A DNA stretch of 40,544 nucleotides from Ascoidea asiatica JCM 7603 (lineage: Eukaryota; Fungi; Ascomycota): contig BCKQ01000006.1 in NCBI GenBank assembly GCA_001600695.1, forward strand, positions 946,862 through 987,405. Direction: 5' to 3'. The translations under genes and the position numbers were made by a program. The notes beneath the pieces were generated by a model. It saw only the letters and a list, made by a program, of their open reading frames with translations, made no database searches and was not told the DNA's origin. Below are positions 20,270 to 30,695 of this stretch, one piece after another (position 1 is the first letter of the stretch; each line of letters opens with the position of its first letter).

Positions 20270-23161
20270 TCAATTAACACTAGCTTGCTTTTCATAAAAT
20301 TCTATTAACTGATCCGAAGTTGTAGCATCTTCAGGGCCTTTATCATCTCTTTCTCTAAGAAATCTTGGAAATCTTAAACTTATACCTTTATCAAATCTAT
20401 CATATCCAGCTTTATACACAGGAGATAATGATAAATCAGCTGTCAACACTTCAAACAAAACAGTTGGCTCAAACCAAACATCTGGTTCTGCTGCTGAACT
20501 TCCTTTGTCATAGGCATAATATGATTTAGGTTGTTCAATTACAAGCTTTGATAGCTTCTCATATAATTTAAGTAGCATCTCATCAGAAAACCCTGTTCCC
20601 AATTTACATGTAGTTTCATACTCACCACTATCTGGATTATAACAAGCTAAAAGGTATCCTCCATACTTACCAGTTCTTTTACCTCTTCCATAATAAGCTC
20701 CAATAGCAACAAGATCGACAGAATCACCAATTCCTTCTAAATAATCCTTTTTTAATTTGAGCCAATTTCTTGATCTTTTTGATGGCTCATAATGACTTTC
20801 TTTTCCCTCTAAAACCTTTATCATTAACCCCTCACAAGAATCTGATATTGATTTATCTAAAAACACCTGTATATCATCAACATTCGAAGAATCTAATTTA
20901 GTGGCAAATTGAAATTTACCAGGTTGATCGATTAGATTATCCTTCAAAATTTCTCTTCTTTCTTTTAGACTTTTATTTATTAGTGGGACATTATTGAGAC
21001 ATAATATATCAAATGCGAAAAGACAAACTTGAACTTTAATATCTTCTTTGTTAACATCTTTTCTTTTTCTTGTAGATAGTACTTGAAAAGGTAATATTTT
21101 GGATGTTTCTCTATCCCAAGCAACTGCCTCACAATCAAGAATTAAAGATTTTACAAAATCTGATTTTTCTGGTCGAACAAAGCCTTTTAATGAATCAATT
21201 AAATCTGGATATCTTTGAGTCATATCTTCAGAATTTCTTGAAAATACTTTGATTTCATTTTTATCATTATTTAGAAAATGAACCTGAGCCCTTTCTCCAT
21301 CATATTTATATTCACAAGTAAAATTTATATTTTGAAATCTATCCAAAATCTCAGATATTGCTTTTGTTGGTTTAGCCAACATTGGTTTTAATGGTATTCC
21401 GGGTATTAATTGAATATGTTTGTCTAAATTTAAAACTCCATGTTCAATTGATTTATTTATTACAATTTCATAATTTGGAATTTGACAAAAAGCATCTCGT
21501 ATTTTATCTTCTGCATCTGCTATTAAATTTGGCGTTATTCTTTTTTTTTTGCTGGTAATTTTGATTTCATTACTAATTTCATAATTTATCAAGGCTTGTG
21601 CTAGTGAAACTAAGACAGTTTTTTCAGCAAGGCCAATTCTTAATTTTCCTTCAAGAGATCTTATTAAAAATTTAGCTTCGTCACCTTCACATGCTGTTAA
21701 CATTCTCGTTATAATATTCACCTTTTTCTGTTGAGAATTTATGCCTGATAAATTTGCAATTTCTCTTAAACTATTAAGTACAGTTATCGTATCTAATTGT
21801 TTTTGTCTAAACATTGTAGGTTGACTTTTTTTTGATTGTTCTGCAATTTCACCTAAATCACCAATTTCTTGATAACTTTTCTTTATATTTGCAGGAGATC
21901 TACCAGAAGACTGACTTATTGCTTTAATTAAAATAGTCTCACCAAGGCCTAACTCTAATCCTTCATAATCAGGACCTAATCGATTAATAAAAAGATATAC
22001 TACAGGAATAAGAAATGAAGGGTTTGCATTTAATACTGAAATGAAAAATTTTGAACAAATTTGAATAATCTTCAATCTTGAAGATTCTTTTTCAATTTTT
22101 CCAAATATATCTGTTAAATTTTTATAATACAATTGACCAGATGAATTTAAAATATTTTTATCGTTAGAGATATCTTGAGCCAAAGGTTCTTGTAAAAGTT
22201 GCTCGATTTCCTTCACTTCTTCTTTGTGTACTTTAAGATTATCTTCATTGTCTATATAGGATTGATCTAACTGATTATTTTCATCAGTATCAGTATCATC
22301 ATCCTTTATGACATTTTTTATATTTCTTTTTCTTTTTGATTTTGATTTTGATTTAAGATTTTTTTTGGGACTTTTAATAGCCGTAGAAATAGGCTCAATA
22401 TCAGAAGAACTATCATCGGATATATCTATCATTTTAGTATCATCATCCGATAATACTGATATTTTTGACTTTTTGAGGGATGGCTCTTTTTTCACTTTGG
22501 ATTCACTATTAGAATTTTTTCGTTTTCTTACTTTTTTTTTAGGTGAAGTGGAAGAATCAGAACTAAGATCTTTTAGTTTTGAATTTTCAGATTTAATTTC
22601 TTTGGGAGACTCCAATGTAGAAGATGTATCCTTCCCTATCTTTATGTTCTTAATATCATCATTATGATCCAATTCTAAAGCTCTTTCCGAAAGAGGTGAA
22701 TCGCAGTTTTGATTATCAATTTTTTCTCTTTTATCATCTATTTTTTTTTCATCATCATTACTACTTTTCAAATCTTCTGAGAGTTTGTTATTATTGATAT
22801 CTTCAACTTGATCTTTTGAAGTTGCTGAACCAGAAGATGTAGGAGGTGTTGTCAGTTTACTAACAAGTTTGCCTATATCATGAATACCATTCTTCTTTTT
22901 TGTTGGTTTAACATTAGAGAAAAATCTAGCTAATGATTGTTGTTTTGCAGATGATCTAGATTTTGATGAACCTTTTGCCATTTTATGATCAATTAAAAAA
23001 TTATTAGAATTTGAAAAACCTAAAATTTTGGAAGATAATGAAAATGGTTGGTATGTAGAGAAAAAAATTGAGTTAACCGATTGATTCTTAAAAATTGATG
23101 ATTTTAAATGATTTTTAGAAACATAAGAAATGGAATTGATATAATTACTTGTTAAAGTCAT
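20270..23161 (-). CDS. CDC9: DNA ligase I, with putative mitochondrial (ATG 23161) and nuclear (ATG 22981) starts
   Basis: Adenylation motif EYKYDGER, CEGLMIK, NWLKLKKDY, SLRFPRF and PIP box QQSLARFF. Confidence 0.98.
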   Translation of the reverse strand: MTLTSNYINSISYVSKNHLKSSIFKNQSVNSIFFSTYQPFSLSSKILGFSNSNNFLIDHKMAKGSSKSRSSAKQQSLARFFSNVKPTKKKNGIHDIGKLVSKLTTPPTSSGSATSKDQVEDINNNKLSEDLKSSNDDEKKIDDKREKIDNQNCDSPLSERALELDHNDDIKNIKIGKDTSSTLESPKEIKSENSKLKDLSSDSSTSPKKKVRKRKNSNSESKVKKEPSLKKSKISVLSDDDTKMIDISDDSSSDIEPISTAIKSPKKNLKSKSKSKRKRNIKNVIKDDDTDTDENNQLDQSYIDNEDNLKVHKEEVKEIEQLLQEPLAQDISNDKNILNSSGQLYYKNLTDIFGKIEKESSRLKIIQICSKFFISVLNANPSFLIPVVYLFINRLGPDYEGLELGLGETILIKAISQSSGRSPANIKKSYQEIGDLGEIAEQSKKSQPTMFRQKQLDTITVLNSLREIANLSGINSQQKKVNIITRMLTACEGDEAKFLIRSLEGKLRIGLAEKTVLVSLAQALINYEISNEIKITSKKKRITPNLIADAEDKIRDAFCQIPNYEIVINKSIEHGVLNLDKHIQLIPGIPLKPMLAKPTKAISEILDRFQNINFTCEYKYDGERAQVHFLNNDKNEIKVFSRNSEDMTQRYPDLIDSLKGFVRPEKSDFVKSLILDCEAVAWDRETSKILPFQVLSTRKRKDVNKEDIKVQVCLFAFDILCLNNVPLINKSLKERREILKDNLIDQPGKFQFATKLDSSNVDDIQVFLDKSISDSCEGLMIKVLEGKESHYEPSKRSRNWLKLKKDYLEGIGDSVDLVAIGAYYGRGKRTGKYGGYLLACYNPDSGEYETTCKLGTGFSDEMLLKLYEKLSKLVIEQPKSYYAYDKGSSAAEPDVWFEPTVLFEVLTADLSLSPVYKAGYDRFDKGISLRFPRFLRERDDKGPEDATTSDQLIEFYEKQASVN

Positions 23162-23280
23162 CAGAAATAACTAAGATTTTTGCATAAAAAATGAAATAAA
23201 ACAAGAATTGAAACCACAGAAAATAAAGTTATTTAAGATCAAAACAACTAATATCGCAAAATAAATTGAGAAAAAGGAAA

Positions 23281-23286
23281 ACGCGT
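23281..23286. promoter_or_regulatory. MCB element upstream of CDC9
   Basis: ACGCGT 120 bp upstream of the first ATG; CDC9 is MBF-regulated in S. cerevisiae. Confidence 0.55.
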
Positions 23287-23711
23287 AAAATACAAAAAAT
23301 AAACACCACACATAGGGAACGAGACATTTCTCTAATTCCACTGCAATGGTGCCGTAAGAAGGATGGTGCATAATTGTTTGGATTCTAGGGCAACTCATCC
23401 CAATCTTAATTTTCTTGAATTTTTACAGAGCACTAAATAAATAAACTCAAAGGGTGTAATTAGCCAATATTCCTATTTTCGATTGTTACGATATTATCCA
23501 TCGCTTGGAAAATGACTTCGAGTCAAAGAGAATAAAAGGATGATAGATTTTTCAATGTTTCTGGGATCCATGAAATATTTATATTAGAATTGATCAGTTA
23601 ATCAATAATTAATAATAAATAATTGATAACATTCATCATTCGAAAGGAATTGTTTCTTTTTTTTGTGGCATTTTCAATTGCAATTGTTTTTATTGTGTCG
23701 AATATTGTCAA

Positions 23712-24685
23712 ATGGATTATCAAGCTTTTTTTATATCTCTAATTGTATGAACTTTTACTTTATATTTAATCTTTAAAAGAATCATATATTCTAATTGAAA
23801 ATATTGGACAAATAATAACTAATTGAATTAAATTGATGTTTAAAATATCAGAGTGGTGGTTGTGCAGGAACTTCAACAGATATTGTTTTTTTTCCAATTG
23901 ACACTATAAAAACTAGATTACAAGCTAAAGGAGGTTTTTTCAAAAATGGTGGTTGGAAAGGAATTTATAGAGGTTTAGGTAGTGCAGTTGTAGCTTCTGC
24001 TCCATCGGCTTCTTTATTTTTTATCACATATGATTCTCTTAAAAGAAATATTAAACCAATTATCTCACAACAAATTAAAAATGATCAATTATCTTCTACT
24101 TTAACACAAATGATAAGTGCTTCATGTGGTGAAATAAGTGCTTGCTTAGTTAGAGTTCCTGCAGAAGTAATTAAACAAAGAACTCAAACTTATAAATTTA
24201 ATTCAAATTCATCATTAGATTCTTTAAAATTTATTTTAAAAAATGAAAATGGTGAAGGAATTTTAAAAGGTTTATATAGAGGATGGGGAAGTACAATATT
24301 CAGAGAAATTCCATTTACAATGATTCAATTTCCATTATATGAATATTTAAAAAAAAATTGGGCAATTCAACAAAATAAAGAAAAAGTTTCACCATTACAA
24401 GGTTCATTATGTGGATCAATTGCAGGTGGTAGTGCAGCAGCTTTAACAACACCATTAGATGTACTAAAAACAAGAATTATGTTAAATGAAAAAAGAATTG
24501 GAATTATTCAAATTTCAAAATCAATTTATAAAGAAGAAGGATATTCTGCATTTTTTAGAGGTATTGGACCAAGAACAATGTGGATAAGTTTAGGTGGAGC
24601 AATTTTTTTAGGAGTTTATGAAACTGTTAGTACAATTTTAAGCTCTTCATTACCTAAAGAAAATTCAAAATTTTCAAAAAATTAA
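23712..24685 (+). CDS. PET8: Mitochondrial S-adenosylmethionine carrier; 2 exons (23712-23744, 23852-24685), about 288 aa
   Basis: The spliced product reads MDYQAFFISLI|SGGCAGTSTDIVFFPIDTIKTRLQAKGGFFKNGGWKGIYRGLGSAVVASAPSASLFF, then ACLVRVPAEVIKQR, REIPFT and TTPLDVLKTR. Confidence 0.95.
23745..23851 (+). other. Spliceosomal intron (107 nt) in PET8
   Basis: Donor GTATGA, candidate branch AACTAAT (23817-23823), acceptor CAG (23851); phase 0. Confidence 0.85.
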
Positions 24686-24915
24686 TCATTTATAGTACTT
24701 ATTTTAGGATAGCATAACGTATATTGTAAATATAAATCATTTAGATAAAATATAAATGTAATTGAAAATGTTAATTAAATTATGTTAAGATGAAATTAAA
24801 AGAGTTATTATCAGGAATGAAAAAAAATAAAAATTGAGAAATAATAAAAAAGTTCTTGAAGAAAAAGTGAATTTGATAATGATAATAATAGTGATAATAA
24901 TGTTATTATTATTAC

Positions 24916-25275
24916 TTATTTATTAATAATGTTACTAATTGAAGGATTTTTTCTTAAATTTGTTGAATTATTATTTTCAAAAGAAGTTTTATTACTGATT
25001 GGCTGATTAATAAAAGTATTTGAGCTTTGATTTGAACTTGGATTTGAAATTTGATTTGAGGTTTGATTTGAAGTTTGATTGGAGGTTTCCACTGTTTGAT
25101 CAACTCCTTCAATGTTAATATCTAATAAATCTACTTCATTAAATAATTTATCAATTCTACCATCTAAATTATTTAATAATGTTTCTAATTGAGAAATAGC
25201 AGCTTCGGCTTCATTCATATATTTAAATGTTTCTGAAAATTCACCAGCAGTTGGGTTGATAGGGCTTACTACCAT
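24916..25275 (-). CDS. Small hypothetical protein with N-terminal coiled coil and S/N/Q/T-rich tail
   Basis: AAAAATG context, codon usage like neighbouring genes, heptad pattern AEAAISQLETLLNNLDGRIDKLF; family not recognised. Confidence 0.65.
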   Translation of the reverse strand: MVVSPINPTAGEFSETFKYMNEAEAAISQLETLLNNLDGRIDKLFNEVDLLDINIEGVDQTVETSNQTSNQTSNQISNPSSNQSSNTFINQPISNKTSFENNNSTNLRKNPSISNIINK

Positions 25276-25924
25276 TTTTAATTAATAATGTTGAATTCCT
25301 ATTAGTTGTATTTTCAGATTAACACTGTAAGATAACCAAATTGAAAAAAGGAAAAGCTTGAAAACAAATAAAATAATAAGGAATAAATAAATCCAAGCTA
25401 AGAAGTTGAAATAGTGGAAAGTCAAAAGGTGCTGTAGAATGAAAGTATTCAAGAGAATTAGATAGTTAAGGAATCCAATAGTTGAATAATTGAATAAGTA
25501 TTACTGATGTAGTTATTGAATTGAATCAAATTGAATTAAATGAAACAAAAGAAAAAGAAGAAGAATATGAAGAATCAAAAGTGAATCCATTGACCTTTCC
25601 TACATCTCCAGTTATCAGACCAAGCTTTAAATTGTTTCTCCAAACCAGTCCCAGAACTGCACCGCAGCCCAGCACTCTTCCGACGCGTGGCCATGGACGC
25701 AGACGTGCAACTGCGTTTTGCGTGGGCTTTCTTTTGCACGCTTTAATGCGCCACGTATGAAGAAAAAACTTGTCCTAAATTTTCTTCAAGTTGTGCCCTA
25801 TCACCTAACTATATTATAATGTAAAGTTACAATTTGAAATAATGAAAATATAAAATTTGTAAATTTAATTCATTATTTAATATATACAGATTAGAGTTTT
25901 TGTTTATTACAAGTTTTGTTTAGA

Positions 25925-27313
25925 TCAAGTAAAAGTACGAGAACCAGCACGAACAAATTCTAATACTTTCCAACCTTCAGTTTCTTTATCATCCATTTTT
26001 TCTGGAATTCTAGTTAATACAAGAGCATAAGTTGATAATTGAATATTAGATTCAGTTCCAGCAGTAATTTTACCAGTTTTTTTATCTTTAAAAAGATGAA
26101 TTTCTTGAGCTCTACAACCAACAACAAAACATGGAATATTTGCAGGTGGTAATAATTTAGCACTAACAATATCAACACCTCTAATATCAAGAACTCTACC
26201 ATCAGCATATAAACCTTTTTCAGTAAATTGTTTTGTTGTTGCATTCCAAACATTAAATGGAGCTTCACTTAACCAAGTTTTTAAAACTTTTTGATCACCT
26301 TTAACATAAGCATCTAAAATTTCTGGTAAAATATATTCTCTTAAATTTTTTTGAAAATCATCAACTTTAAAAGTTGGATCCATTAATTTAAAACTTCTAA
26401 TAACTCTTGCAGTTTCATTTTCACTAAAAAATCCACCAATTTTTTCAAATATAGTTCTAAATAAAGAAATAAGTCCATTATCACTTTCATCCCATTTTAA
26501 TCTTAAATCTGCAATTAATCTACCAATTGGAGATGTAATTTTAAAATTTTCCCATTTTTCACTTAATTTTGGTTTTGAAACTTTATAATTAGTTGTAACA
26601 ATTTCATTACCAGATAAATCATTTGATTTTATAGCTACATGAATTTTACCAAATTTAAAATCATTTTCTCTTTTTGCTCTTCTATCTTTTTTATCAATAA
26701 AACCTCCATAAGCAGAAGAAGAACCATCATCAATAACTTCAGAAACGTCTTTATAAATTCTAGTTTGTCTTACAGGTTCAAAAGTTTTATCAACAGTTTC
26801 TGCAGTTTTTGAAACTACTTTTCTTGTACTTTTACCAACATCAGATTCCCAAGCTTTATAAGCAACATCACCAACAACTTCACCAGTTTTTTTTAAAGTT
26901 TCTCCAACAATAGTTGAACCTTTTTGAGCTTTTTCATAAGCATCTTTAGCCTTTTTAAAAGCTTCAGATTCAGCCATTTTTCCAGATTCATCTTGTAAAG
27001 CTTTTATATCATTTTTTAATTCTTTTGATTTACTCCATTCATCTTTAAAAGTTTCGAAAAAAATTTGAACTGGTGATTTTTCAGGACCATTATTTCTTTG
27101 TCTATTCTGCTGTTGATGATGACTATTGTTTTTATTAGTATTAGTATTATCTTGCTGCTGTTTCTGCTGTTGTTGATTTGTATTATTATTAAATACACTA
27201 GAAGAATGAAAACATCTAATTCGAGAAGTGTTTACTATTAGTTGCTTTGATATTATTGGAATAAAACCATTTTGAACTAAGCTTTTTGTAGTTATTAAAG
27301 ATCTTCGATACAT
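25925..27313 (-). CDS. TIM44: Mitochondrial import motor subunit Tim44
   Basis: Presequence, KSPVQIFFETFKDEWSKSKEL, EVIDDGSSSAYGGF, LREYILPEILDAY, DGRVLDIRGVDI and GCRAQEIH. Confidence 0.97.
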   Translation of the reverse strand: MYRRSLITTKSLVQNGFIPIISKQLIVNTSRIRCFHSSSVFNNNTNQQQQKQQQDNTNTNKNNSHHQQQNRQRNNGPEKSPVQIFFETFKDEWSKSKELKNDIKALQDESGKMAESEAFKKAKDAYEKAQKGSTIVGETLKKTGEVVGDVAYKAWESDVGKSTRKVVSKTAETVDKTFEPVRQTRIYKDVSEVIDDGSSSAYGGFIDKKDRRAKRENDFKFGKIHVAIKSNDLSGNEIVTTNYKVSKPKLSEKWENFKITSPIGRLIADLRLKWDESDNGLISLFRTIFEKIGGFFSENETARVIRSFKLMDPTFKVDDFQKNLREYILPEILDAYVKGDQKVLKTWLSEAPFNVWNATTKQFTEKGLYADGRVLDIRGVDIVSAKLLPPANIPCFVVGCRAQEIHLFKDKKTGKITAGTESNIQLSTYALVLTRIPEKMDDKETEGWKVLEFVRAGSRTFT

Positions 27314-27820
27314 TACTTAATATCTATTATCTATTATTTGGTATTTAAATACTTAAATCTTTAAAAAATAAATAAATAAATAAATTATTTTTTGTTTTTT
27401 GATCTTTATACAAGGTAAATGAAACAACCAAAAAAAGAACTATATACAAAACGTATTTTCTGGCTTAAGCATAAACAAAAAACTAAAATAAAACCAGTTT
27501 CACTCTTGATTCAAGTTGTTATTTATTGACAAAGGTTTTGGTGATTCTGATGAAATTGAGTCTTGAAATGCTTTCAATGAGGCTTCTTTCCTGAACTTGC
27601 CTCCAGAGAAAGAAACTGCAAAAAGACTAATTCCTCCAGTGAAAATTTCACACCCCAAAACCGTCAAGAATCCGCAGTTCCGCGGAAATCCATACACTCT
27701 TTTCCGAAGTTTTGTCTGGAATTCCCGGAAATTAAACTAAATCATGTGATTGCGCTTGTTTTTTGCCAGTGCTTTTTCGGATTTCTTCGCTTTTTGCCTT
27801 TGCTTTTTTTTTCATTTTGT

Positions 27821-28493
27821 TTATTTCGAGATTTTGTTTTTTGTGTTTTTGCTGCTTTTGCTGCTTTTTGTGGATTTCCTTCGTTTTTTGAAGACGACGC
27901 TGCTGGAGAAAGAGGACGAGTCTTCAGAGTTTGCTTCTGGCTCTGCTGCTTCTGCTTCTTCTGCTGCTCTGTCTGCTCTGTCTGCTCTCACTCTCGAAGC
28001 TGATATTTTCTTCGGCTGTGAAAGATCCCAGTTCTGAATTTCCCTGACTGACTTTTTGGTTTTATCGTTTTCTTTGTTGAATTTTTCTTCTTCATCTTTG
28101 GTATAATTTTCCAATTTGTTCTGATTCTCATTTCTAGAATGTATTTCTTCTTCATCAACTGAAGCCCATGCTCCAATTGAATGGTTTTGTTCAGGAATTG
28201 ATTTAATTTCTTTATTTATCTCATAATTCTGTTGATTTATTTTTACTTTTTTATTATCATTTCCAATTTGGTTTTTTTCCTCTTCAATATTTTTATAATG
28301 AAGTAAATTTATTGATTTTTGAGTATTCCTTTGATGTTTGCTTGATAATTCATGATTTTTTTTTTGAATTTTAGATCCATCAACAAACTATTTAAAATTG
28401 TTAGTATTTTATAATTATTATTATCATTATTATCATTATATAATAAATATATCAACTCACTATTTTACATTGCTTACACCAATAACGTCCCAT
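27821..28493 (-). CDS. WBP4/FBP21-like U1-type (matrin) zinc-finger splicing factor; 2 exons (28493-28461, 28387-27821), about 199 aa
   Basis: The spliced product reads MGRYWCKQCKI|FVDGSKIQKKNHELSSKHQRN (CxxC...H...H finger), with GAWASV and C-terminal VVFKKRR motifs typical of the family; in frame with ORF 27821-28114. Confidence 0.8.
28388..28460 (-). other. Spliceosomal intron (73 nt) in the WBP4-like gene
   Basis: Donor GTGAGT (28460), canonical branch TACTAAC (28406-28400), acceptor TAG (28388); phase 0. Confidence 0.88.
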
Positions 28494-28749
28494 TTTATTA
28501 TATTATATTATATTATATTATATTATGATATATCTATTAAATTTATTAAATTTATTATTTAATTTCAATATAATCTACTGTATTAGAATAGTCTTTAACT
28601 ACTGCACCGCTATTCAAGTTTTTTTCATTAACCGTTCCTAAAATATTTTCTTCATTTTTTCCGAGTTTTGAAAATGCTTTAAATTTATTAGCAACAAAAT
28701 AACATTAACTTAACATTACTTATTTATCAAAATATAATTAATATAAAAA

Positions 28750-30090
28750 ATGACTGATAAAAAAAGTAATACATCAAATTCAAAATCTTATCAACTTGTA
28801 AGTGATGATTATAAAATAAATAAAAGAAAAAAGAAAAGTACTATAAATAATAAAGATGTTATGAAGAAGAAAAAAAAGCTTTCAAGTGCAAATTTGTTAT
28901 TAAGTCTAGATGATAAAAATAATCATAATGAATTTTCAAAGAAATTTTTATCTGGTGAAACTATTTCAAACAATATAATAGACAATACTTCAAGTAATGA
29001 TTTAAATCATTCTTCATCACTGAATAATAATTCAAGAAATAAATATAATTCTGAAAAAAATCATGATTATGATTATTCTTTAATGAAAAATATTTTAAAA
29101 GATAAAAAATTTAAATCAGATTTAGATTATTTAGATTCAAATGCGAATAATTTAGCCCTTTTAAATAATAATAATATTAATATCAAAAGTATAATTGGAA
29201 ATGAAAATGGAAATGAAAATGAAAATAATAATTGTATATATTGTTTAGATAATTCAATTCATTTAAATTCAAAATTAATTATTTCAATATCTGAATATTC
29301 TTATATATCTTTACAAACAAATTTTATAACTTCACTTTATAATATAAAAAATAAAAACAATAATAATAATAATAATTATAACATTATTAAAGAAATACCT
29401 TCAAGTTTTTCAATATGTTTTTTAAATCATGAATTAAATTCTTTATATTTTGATATAAATTCAAATGAATGGAAAGATATTAAAAATTATATGATTTCAA
29501 TTTCAAAATATTATTATTCAATGAATTATTCTGTAATTTTTTATGAATATTATATCAATGAAAATAATAAAACTTTTAATAAAAATCATGGAAAAATAAA
29601 ATCATTACCAATTCCATTAAATTTTGCTTCTTCAATTAAAAGTTATTTCAAAAATGAAATTTCAAATGATTTTAATAATCAATTAATTGATACTTCTAAT
29701 AATAAATTTCATAAATTAATTTCAAAACAATCTTCTTATTTTCATATTTGGTTTACTATTGATGGTGGTTATGGTTATTTAATTGAAGATCCTTTAAAAT
29801 GGAAAAATAATTATAAAAATGATGATTTTTTTATAAAATCAATGATTGGTTCAAGTTTATTTGGTTTAAATAAACTTGATTTAAATATCTTGAATCAAAA
29901 TAAAAGTAAAAAAGATCATGAAAAAGGTAATTATCCTTATTGGAATAAATTCAATGGTGGTGTTCTCAATTATACAAATGATGATTCAAATAATAATAAA
30001 GGTAAAGGAAAAGAATTAAATCAATTTGAACATAAAAGACTTGAAGAAGTTGAAACCAAATGGGGATCATTTGACTGGACTTTAAAATAA
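28750..30090 (+). CDS. CWF19: Cwf19/CWF19L2-like CwfJ-domain splicing factor
   Basis: CIYCL, VIFYE, HGKIKSLPIP, YFHIWFTIDGGYGYLIED and terminal WGSFDWT. Confidence 0.82.
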   Translation: MTDKKSNTSNSKSYQLVSDDYKINKRKKKSTINNKDVMKKKKKLSSANLLLSLDDKNNHNEFSKKFLSGETISNNIIDNTSSNDLNHSSSLNNNSRNKYNSEKNHDYDYSLMKNILKDKKFKSDLDYLDSNANNLALLNNNNINIKSIIGNENGNENENNNCIYCLDNSIHLNSKLIISISEYSYISLQTNFITSLYNIKNKNNNNNNNYNIIKEIPSSFSICFLNHELNSLYFDINSNEWKDIKNYMISISKYYYSMNYSVIFYEYYINENNKTFNKNHGKIKSLPIPLNFASSIKSYFKNEISNDFNNQLIDTSNNKFHKLISKQSSYFHIWFTIDGGYGYLIEDPLKWKNNYKNDDFFIKSMIGSSLFGLNKLDLNILNQNKSKKDHEKGNYPYWNKFNGGVLNYTNDDSNNNKGKGKELNQFEHKRLEEVETKWGSFDWTLK

Positions 30091-30247
30091 AATAAAATGA
30101 AATGAAATGAAATAATAAAAGACCCTGAAAGAATTAATTTTATTTGAATTTTTCAGTCACAATTTAGAACAGAGACCGCTTATGCGGGTCTAGGTGTGAA
30201 AAGTTGTGGATGAGCTGATTTTCTGGGTGTTTTCCGGTGCAGATCCA

Positions 30248-30280
30248 TGCTTATTCCGTGCTTATTCCGTGCTTATTCCG
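30248..30280. repeat. (TGCTTATTCCG)3 tandem repeat upstream of BNA4
   Basis: Three exact 11-bp units. Confidence 0.92.
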
Positions 30281-30695
30281 TCGCTGTTCAGTGTTGAACT
30301 CGCTGGGCCAATTGGCTCCATTCACTTTTCCAGTGATCTACCCAAGTTTAAGCTATTGTTACCTAAATATCTCTTTTGACCTAAAGATTTATTTTGAAAT
30401 ATCTGAGATTGTTCCTTATTTCCTTATTTCTTTATTCTTTCTCTTTGGTTTTTATTCATATCCCTGACATCTTTACTTCTGTTCTTTGTTCATTTGTCCA
30501 CTTGAAAATTAGACTTTTTTTTTCATCTTTTTCAGGTAAAATCATAAACTTTAGATTTAAATCCAAAACCTAGTGATCCACTTTGTTTGGTAGTTTTGTG
30601 GTTTTATTTATATTCAATTTTTAATCAGTTAAAGTCATAGTAATACTCTATATAGGAATAGAGTCTGTTTAGATAAAAAAAAAGGAAAGAAGAAG

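Noticed and set aside
30154-30165. Sum1/MSE-like GTCACAAT upstream of BNA4
   Set aside because: Imperfect match to a short consensus; insufficient alone
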